DNA from: an uncultured bacterium
GTDB taxonomy: Bacteria > Krumholzibacteriota > Krumholzibacteriia > LZORAL124-64-63
Direction of reading: 5' to 3'
Length of the DNA stretch: 64,000 bases
Assembly (NCBI GenBank): GCA_963732385.1
Contig: CAVSZB010000003.1
Coordinates: forward strand, 64,001 to 128,000
Shown here: positions 58,194 to 64,000 of the stretch, piece by piece
How positions within the stretch are numbered: the first letter of the stretch is position 1
How the letters are laid out: each line of letters starts with the position of its first letter
The notes under the pieces: generated by a model
Databases searched by the model: none
What the model was told of the DNA's origin: nothing
The model's input: only the letters and a program-made list of their open reading frames with translations
Program-made: the position numbers and the translations under genes

Positions 58194-61100
58194 GTGGCCG
58201 TGAACGGCGAGCGTACCGTCCGCCTGCGTTCGCAACTGGCGGAGCGGATCCTGGTCCTTGACGGAGCCATGGGAACCGCCCTGCAGGCCGCCAACCTTGG
58301 TACCGACGACTTTGGTGGGCCCGACCTGGAGGGGTGCAACGAGCTGCTGGTCGCCACGCGGCCCGACGTCGTGCGAGGCGTCCACGCCGCCTACCTCGCG
58401 GCCGGCGCCGACATCCTCGAAACGAACACCTTCGGTGGCACGCCGCTCGTGCTGGCCGAGTACGGTCAGCAGGCGCGCGCGCGCGCGCTGAATTGCCTGG
58501 CGGCGCGGCTGGCGCGGGAGGTCGCGGCCGGCTTCGACGAGCCCGGGCGGACCCGCTTCGTGGCCGGCTCGATGGGGCCGACGACGAAGGCGATCTCGGT
58601 CACCGGCGGCGTCACCTTCCCCGATCTGAGGGCGCACTACCGCGAGCAGGCCCTTGGTCTGGTCGAGGGGGGGTGCGATTTCCTGCTCGTCGAAACCGCC
58701 CAGGACGCGCGTAACGTCAAGGCGGCGCTGCAGGGGATCGGCGATGCACTGCGGCAGCTCGGCGCGGAGCTCCCGGTCGCGATCTCGGGCACGATCGAGA
58801 CGATGGGCACGACGCTCGCGGGACAGACCGTGGAGGCGTTCGCGGCCTCCTTCCGCCACCTCGACCTGCTCTACCTCGGTCTGAACTGCGCCACCGGCCC
58901 CGCCTTCATGACCGACCACCTGCGGGCGATGTCGGCGCTCGCCCCCTGCCCGGTGGCCTGCGCGCCGAACGCCGGGCTGCCCGACGAAGACGGGCGGTAC
59001 GGCGAGACGCCGGCGATGCTGGCCGCGTCGCTGCGCCGGTTCGTGGACGCCGGCTGGGTGAACCTCGTCGGTGGTTGCTGCGGCACGACGGCACCGCACA
59101 TCCGGGCGTTGGCGGACATGGTCGCGGCGGCCGCGGCCGCCGGCGTCCGTCCGCGCGTACCGCCGCGCCTGACCGGCCGCACGATCGTGTCGGGCCTCGA
59201 GAGTCTCGAGCTGACGGACGAGAACCGCCCCGTACTCGTGGGCGAGCGGACCAACCTGATCGGCAGCCGCGTGTTCAAGCGGCTGGTGCGCGACGGCCGG
59301 TTCGAGGAGGCGAGCGAGATCGCGCGGCGCCAGGTGCGGGGCGGCGCGCAGGTGATCGACGTCTGTCTGGCCGATCCCGAGGGCGACGAGGCGTCCGCAA
59401 TGGAGGCGTTCCTCGACCGCGCCGTGCGCAAGGTGAAGGTCCCGTTCATGATCGATTCCACCTCCGCGGAGGTGTTCGAGCGGGCGCTCACCTGGATGCA
59501 GGGCAAGGCGATCCTCAACTCCATCAACCTCGAGGATGGCGAGAAGCGTTTCGCGCGCGTCGTGCCGCTGGCGCGAGCGTACGGCGCGGCGCTGGTGGTC
59601 GGCTGCATCGACGAGGACCCGGCGCAGGGGATGGCTTTGACGCGGGCGCGCAAGCTGGCAGTGGCGGAGCGGTCGTACGATCTGCTGGTCAACAAGTACG
59701 GCGTGGCGCCGGAGGACATCATCTTCGACCCGCTGGTCTTTCCGTGCGCCACGGGAGACGCAGCTTATCTCGGCTCGGCCCTCGAGACGGTCGAGGGGGT
59801 GCGCCTGATCAAACAGGCGCTGCCCGACTGCCGGACCATCCTGGGCATCAGCAACGTCAGCTTTGGTCTGCCGCCGTCGGCGCGCGAGGTTGTCAACTCG
59901 GTCTTTCTCCATCACGCCACGAAGGCGGGGCTCGACCTCGCGATCGTCAACACTGAGAAGCTCGAGCGCTACGCCTCACTGCCCGACGACGAACGGAGAC
60001 TGGCGGAGCGGGTCCTGTTCGAGACCGACGCTGCCGCGGTGGTCGCAATCACCGAGTTCTACCGCGCCCGCGCGAACGGAGTCGCGAGTGCGTCACGCGC
60101 GGAGCGCGGCGGCGGGGGCGGCCTGCCGACGCATGCGCCCGATGGTCACGCGTACAGTCTTGACGAACGGCTGGCGCGCTGCATCGTCGAAGGGACGCGT
60201 GAGGGGCTCGTGGCCGACCTCGAGCTGAAACTGAAAGAGGCGCGTCCGCTGGAGATCATCAACGGTCCGCTGATGGCCGGCATGGACGAGGTGGGGCGAC
60301 TTTTCAACGCCAACGAGCTGATCGTGGCGGAGGTGCTGCAGTCCGCCGAGGCGATGAAGGCGGCGGTGGATTGGCTGACGCCGTTCATGGCCAAGAGCGA
60401 GACTGCGAACAAGGGGACGGTCATCCTCGCGACCGTGAAGGGGGACGTCCACGACATCGGCAAAAACCTCGTGGACATCATCCTCACCAACAACGGCTAC
60501 CGCGTGGTGAACCTCGGCATCAAGGTGCCGCCGGGCGACCTGATCCGCGCCATCGACGAGCACCGCCCCGACCTCATCGGGCTGTCGGGGCTGCTGGTGA
60601 AGTCGGCGGCCCAGATGGTGGTGACCGCCGAGGAGCTGACGCTCGCCGGCAAGACGCCGCCGCTGCTGGTCGGCGGCGCGGCGCTCACGAAAAGTTTCGT
60701 CGCCCGGCGCATCGCGACGGCCTACGGCGGCGTCGTGGCGTACGCCGGCGACGCGATGCACGGGCTCGACCTCGCCGGGCGGCTGCTCGACCCGACGCGA
60801 CGCGAGGCATACGCGACGGAATGGGAGGCCTACCGGAGCGGGCTGGCGTCGCCTGCGTCGACGGCCGCGGGGGGCGCGACGGCCGGCGGTTCCGGCGCGC
60901 CGGGCGTGCGTCCGGTGGAGGTCGTGCCGACGCCGCGGAGCTGGGCGCGGCAGACCCTGGTGGGGCTTCCGCTTGACGATGTCTGGGCGTACGTCAATCC
61001 AGCCATGCTGTACAACCGCCACCTCGGGCTGCAGGGGCGCTTCGCGGACGCGGTGGCGCGGGGCGACGCGAAGGCGCTGGCGCTGCTGGCGGTCGTGGAC

Positions 61101-61760
61101 GAGCTGAAGGCGCTCGGGCGGGACGGGGCGTTGAGCGGGCGCGCAGTGTGGCAGGCGTTCGCCGCCGAGAGCGACGGGGACGCGATCAGGCTGTACGCGG
61201 GCGACACGGCGCCCGGGGGCGGCGAGCCGCTGGCCACGTTCACCTTCCCGCGCCAGCACGCCGGACGGCGCCTCTGTTTGGCCGACTTCGTGCGGCCGGC
61301 GACCGTGGCGGCGCGCGGCGGCCGCGATAATGTCGTGCTGTTCGCGGTCACGGCGGGACCGGACGTGCGCGGGTTGGCGGCCGACTTCAGGGCGCGCGGA
61401 GAGTATCTCAGGAGCCACGCGCTGGAGGCGCTGGCGCTCGAGACGGCCGAGGCGGCCGCCGAGTGGCTGCACGCGCGTCTGCGCGAGGAGTGGGGTTTCC
61501 CCGACGACGCATCGCTGACGATGATGGACCGCTTCCGCGCCAAGTACCACGGCAAACGCTACTCGTTCGGTTATCCGGCCTGCCCCGCGCTGGAAGATCA
61601 GCGGATCCTGTTCGACCTGCTGCGGCCCGAGGAGGTCGGCATCGCGCTGACCGACGGTTTCATGATGGATCCGGAGGCCTCGGTGTCGGCGATCGTATTC
61701 CACCACCCCGACGCGGTGTACTTCTCGGTGGGGGCGCAGGAAGAGGGGGGGGCGGAGTAG
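58194..61760 (+). CDS. metH: Cobalamin-dependent methionine synthase
   Basis: 'LDGAMGT', 'NCATGP', 'GGCCGTT', 'GERTN', 'KGDVHDIGKN', 'RYSFGYPACP'. Confidence 0.96.
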   Translation: MAVNGERTVRLRSQLAERILVLDGAMGTALQAANLGTDDFGGPDLEGCNELLVATRPDVVRGVHAAYLAAGADILETNTFGGTPLVLAEYGQQARARALNCLAARLAREVAAGFDEPGRTRFVAGSMGPTTKAISVTGGVTFPDLRAHYREQALGLVEGGCDFLLVETAQDARNVKAALQGIGDALRQLGAELPVAISGTIETMGTTLAGQTVEAFAASFRHLDLLYLGLNCATGPAFMTDHLRAMSALAPCPVACAPNAGLPDEDGRYGETPAMLAASLRRFVDAGWVNLVGGCCGTTAPHIRALADMVAAAAAAGVRPRVPPRLTGRTIVSGLESLELTDENRPVLVGERTNLIGSRVFKRLVRDGRFEEASEIARRQVRGGAQVIDVCLADPEGDEASAMEAFLDRAVRKVKVPFMIDSTSAEVFERALTWMQGKAILNSINLEDGEKRFARVVPLARAYGAALVVGCIDEDPAQGMALTRARKLAVAERSYDLLVNKYGVAPEDIIFDPLVFPCATGDAAYLGSALETVEGVRLIKQALPDCRTILGISNVSFGLPPSAREVVNSVFLHHATKAGLDLAIVNTEKLERYASLPDDERRLAERVLFETDAAAVVAITEFYRARANGVASASRAERGGGGGLPTHAPDGHAYSLDERLARCIVEGTREGLVADLELKLKEARPLEIINGPLMAGMDEVGRLFNANELIVAEVLQSAEAMKAAVDWLTPFMAKSETANKGTVILATVKGDVHDIGKNLVDIILTNNGYRVVNLGIKVPPGDLIRAIDEHRPDLIGLSGLLVKSAAQMVVTAEELTLAGKTPPLLVGGAALTKSFVARRIATAYGGVVAYAGDAMHGLDLAGRLLDPTRREAYATEWEAYRSGLASPASTAAGGATAGGSGAPGVRPVEVVPTPRSWARQTLVGLPLDDVWAYVNPAMLYNRHLGLQGRFADAVARGDAKALALLAVVDELKALGRDGALSGRAVWQAFAAESDGDAIRLYAGDTAPGGGEPLATFTFPRQHAGRRLCLADFVRPATVAARGGRDNVVLFAVTAGPDVRGLAADFRARGEYLRSHALEALALETAEAAAEWLHARLREEWGFPDDASLTMMDRFRAKYHGKRYSFGYPACPALEDQRILFDLLRPEEVGIALTDGFMMDPEASVSAIVFHHPDAVYFSVGAQEEGGAE

Positions 61761-61801
61761 GGGGGGAGGGGTTTGTGCGGGGGGTTGGCGGCGCGTACGT
61801 G

Positions 61802-61829
61802 CAGCGGTTGCTACGGATGCAAAAAGTGC
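61802..61829 (+). repeat. Dispersed repeat, degenerate copy E
   Basis: CAGCGGTTGCTACGGATGCAAAAAGTGC versus copy D CAGAGACTGCTACGTATGCAAAAAGTGC. Confidence 0.65.
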
Positions 61830-62100
61830 AAGGAGGCGAGCCATCGGGCGCGCGACGATTTCTGCGAGATTGAGGCGGCGGTTCGCCAGACATCGTTCGG
61901 GAGGTGCCCCGTTTCCGCTGTCGGTTGGAGATGGGCGGCTTAGGAAGATGTATCCGGTGCCCTGCCTGTGATATGCTGCCTCCCGCATCTTGCCTGCACA
62001 ATCCACCTCGCCTGAGTGACCGCACGCTTTTCCGGCGTGTCGGGCGATGTGCGATGACTCCTCGCCAGATCCCTCATCCTTGCTCCGAAGGAGGGGCGAC

Positions 62101-62763
62101 ATGAGAGTCGTGACGATTTCCGTGATTACCGTTGGTCTTGTGCTCCAGGTCCTGACGCCGGCGTTCGCTTCCGAGAGCGCGCCCGCGGTCTCCGGCGAAG
62201 CGGCCTGGCAGAAGCTGATGGAGGGCAATCAGAGGTACGTGGCGGGGACGATGACGCAGGCCCACCAGGACGCGGGACGCCGGACGGAGGTGGCGAAGGG
62301 GCAGCATCCCCTGGCGGTCGTGGTGGGGTGCGCCGATTCGCGGGTGCCGCCGGAGCTGCTGTTCGATCAGGGGCTGGGCGACCTGTTCGTGGTGCGTCTG
62401 GCGGGCCACGTGATCGACGATGCCGCGCTCGGCAGCATCGAGTATGCGGTGGAGCACCTCGGTACGGGGTTGATCGTGGTTCTGGGGCACGAGCGGTGCG
62501 GCGCGGTGGGCGCGGCGGTGGCGGGGGGCGAGGCGCCGGGTCATCTGCCGGCGCTGATCCATGCCATCGCTCCGGCGGTGGCTGCGGCCCGTACCGCGCC
62601 GGGCGATCTGAACGAGAACGCCATGCGGATCCACGCGACGCTGGTGGCGCAGGGGCTGGCCGCGTCGGAGCCGATCCTCGCGGAGAAGGTCAAGGCGGGA
62701 CAGCTCAGGATCGTGGCGGCACGCTACGATCTGGATGACGGGAACGTCACGCTTCTGCCGTGA
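62101..62763 (+). CDS. Beta-class carbonic anhydrase with signal peptide
   Basis: 'GNQRY', 'GCADSRVPPE', 'GDLFVVR', 'GHERCGAV'. Confidence 0.93.
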   Translation: MRVVTISVITVGLVLQVLTPAFASESAPAVSGEAAWQKLMEGNQRYVAGTMTQAHQDAGRRTEVAKGQHPLAVVVGCADSRVPPELLFDQGLGDLFVVRLAGHVIDDAALGSIEYAVEHLGTGLIVVLGHERCGAVGAAVAGGEAPGHLPALIHAIAPAVAAARTAPGDLNENAMRIHATLVAQGLAASEPILAEKVKAGQLRIVAARYDLDDGNVTLLP

Positions 62764-63023
62764 GAGCGGAAATGCAGCGGGGACTTTCCGCGGTTGGCGC
62801 CGATGCTGGAGTACGAGGAGCTCGCGGGCGCGCGATCATCCGTGCGCGCGCGAGCGACCTCGTGGAGACGTTTCCATATCGGGTAGCATCCCTCCACGAA
62901 GCTCCCCTCACAACAGGACGTCAGCCCGCTCCGACTTGCGCCGGCGCAAGTCGCTTCTCGCCGAGACCGGTCGTGACGGTCCCGTCCGCCCAAAGGCGAC
63001 GGCCATTATCCCCATTAATACAA

Positions 63024-63044
63024 ATCAAGCACCACTTGCTTGAT
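63024..63044. promoter_or_regulatory. Perfect 8-5-8 inverted repeat in an AT-rich upstream region
   Basis: ATCAAGCA-ccact-TGCTTGAT. Confidence 0.55.
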
Positions 63045-63171
63045 GTTATGTTAGAATCATTTACTTGCCAGTCCGGTACATCCTGACCGGCGCTCCGGAT
63101 CACCGCTGCCGTCGGGCCGACTGGGAAATGGGGAAAAACAAGCGGAATGTCCCACTTCATCGGAGACTCAC

Positions 63172-63597
63172 ATGAGAAGCTCGCGAACGCTCCTGCTGAT
63201 CGCCGCCACTCTGCTCCTGGCCGGCGCAGCAGCCCAGGCGCGCGTCAGCCACAGCGACTCGGGGATCCTCTCCATCGACACCGTGACAGCCGTTGGCGAT
63301 GACGCAGCCGGCCCTCCGCAGGCCTCGATCCTCGCCACGATCTACCCGAACCCGTTCAACCCCCGCACGACGATCGCGTACGAACTGGCCGAGGCCGCCA
63401 CGGTCGAGCTGGCGATCTACGACCTGCGCGGAATGCTGGTGCGGGTGCTGGAAGCGGGCCCCCGGTCGGTCGGCCGCCACGAGGCAATCTGGGACGGCCA
63501 GGACAACGCGGGCCACGGGGCTCCGACCGGCACGTATTTCTGCCGGCTGAGCACGCCGCAGGGATCGCAAACCAGGAAGCTGACGCTGGCCCGCTGA
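63172..63597 (+). CDS. Small secreted protein consisting almost entirely of an FlgD-Ig domain
   Basis: Signal peptide, short linker, 'YPNPFNPRTTI..IYDLRG..WDGQD..GTYFCRL..RKLTLAR'. Confidence 0.88.
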   Translation: MRSSRTLLLIAATLLLAGAAAQARVSHSDSGILSIDTVTAVGDDAAGPPQASILATIYPNPFNPRTTIAYELAEAATVELAIYDLRGMLVRVLEAGPRSVGRHEAIWDGQDNAGHGAPTGTYFCRLSTPQGSQTRKLTLAR

Positions 63598-63634
63598 GGC
63601 CGCATCGCGACCGCTATAAAACGAAGGATGAGAC

Positions 63635-64000
63635 ATGAATACATCACGGATGCCCCGAGCCGGCGTGATCATGGCCGTGCTGTTGCTGGGCGCAACGATA
63701 GCCCGGGCCCAGGGCACGCAGTTGCTTGTTTCCAACGTTCAGGTGCAGCAGCGCCCGCTCACCGCCCTTTGGGACATCACCTACGATCTCGAGACCGTTG
63801 GCGACATCGCGGTGACGGTGAGCCTGTTCCTGTCGACAGACGAGGGCGCGACCTACCCGAATCTTTGCCGGACCGTGACCGGAAACGTCGGCGCCGGTGT
63901 CCTTCCGGGCATCTCCCTCCACATGGTATGGAACGCGGGCTCGGATTTTCCCGGCTTCAGCAGCACGACCTGCCGGCTGCGGGTGACCGCCGATGATGCC
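63635..64000 (+). CDS. Secreted protein, N-terminal part only (runs off the window; absent from the ORF track)
   Basis: Own translation: MNTSRMPRAGVIMAVLLLGATIARAQ...VSNVQVQQRP...DITYDL...LSTDEGATY...VWNAG; open to the window end. Confidence 0.8.
   Translation, partial: MNTSRMPRAGVIMAVLLLGATIARAQGTQLLVSNVQVQQRPLTALWDITYDLETVGDIAVTVSLFLSTDEGATYPNLCRTVTGNVGAGVLPGISLHMVWNAGSDFPGFSSTTCRLRVTADDA

Noticed and set aside
61760..62100. SAM or cobalamin riboswitch or other ncRNA near metH
   Set aside because: No recognisable consensus; the region is downstream of metH, which is operon-internal.
507..62228. Many long antisense or alternate-frame ORFs (e.g. 507..2435, 4821..6998, 58182..59915, 60093..62228)
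   Set aside because: Shadow ORFs expected at high GC; they overlap well-supported genes and lack family motifs.

Overview
GC-rich bacterial chromosomal window with about 48 CDSs and no rRNA, tRNA, CRISPR array, integrase or transposase that I can see. Several secreted proteins end in an FlgD-Ig/T9SS-like 'PNPFNP' domain and carry cohesin/dockerin-like modules, which suggests (inference only) an FCB-superphylum lineage such as Krumholzibacteriota or Latescibacterota. The backbone is peptide and amino-acid scavenging (OPT transporter, S9, M16, SppA, PepF, DUF885, APC permease) plus housekeeping genes (bfr, mutM, djlA, motAB, gapN, metH, carbonic anhydrase). The most notable items are: (1) a cluster at 13.6-21.4 kb in which two ~1,100-aa secreted proteins share a near-identical ~2.1-kb cohesin/dockerin/FlgD C-terminal chassis but have unrelated N-terminal domains, followed by a cohesin-FlgD partner gene; (2) an integrase-less, lower-GC gene-cassette array with eroding attC sites at 38.9-43.8 kb; (3) a dispersed ~45-bp repeat with 5 copies, two of which form a 158-bp MITE-like element; (4) a nitroreductase-PCM fusion; (5) an orphan RtcR/CARF-like sigma-54 activator; (6) a DsrC-type Cx10C sulfur carrier; (7) motAB behind a sigma-28-like promoter; (8) abrupt C-rich/G-rich patches that switch inside genes. 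All calls are from motif recognition by eye; no searches were run.
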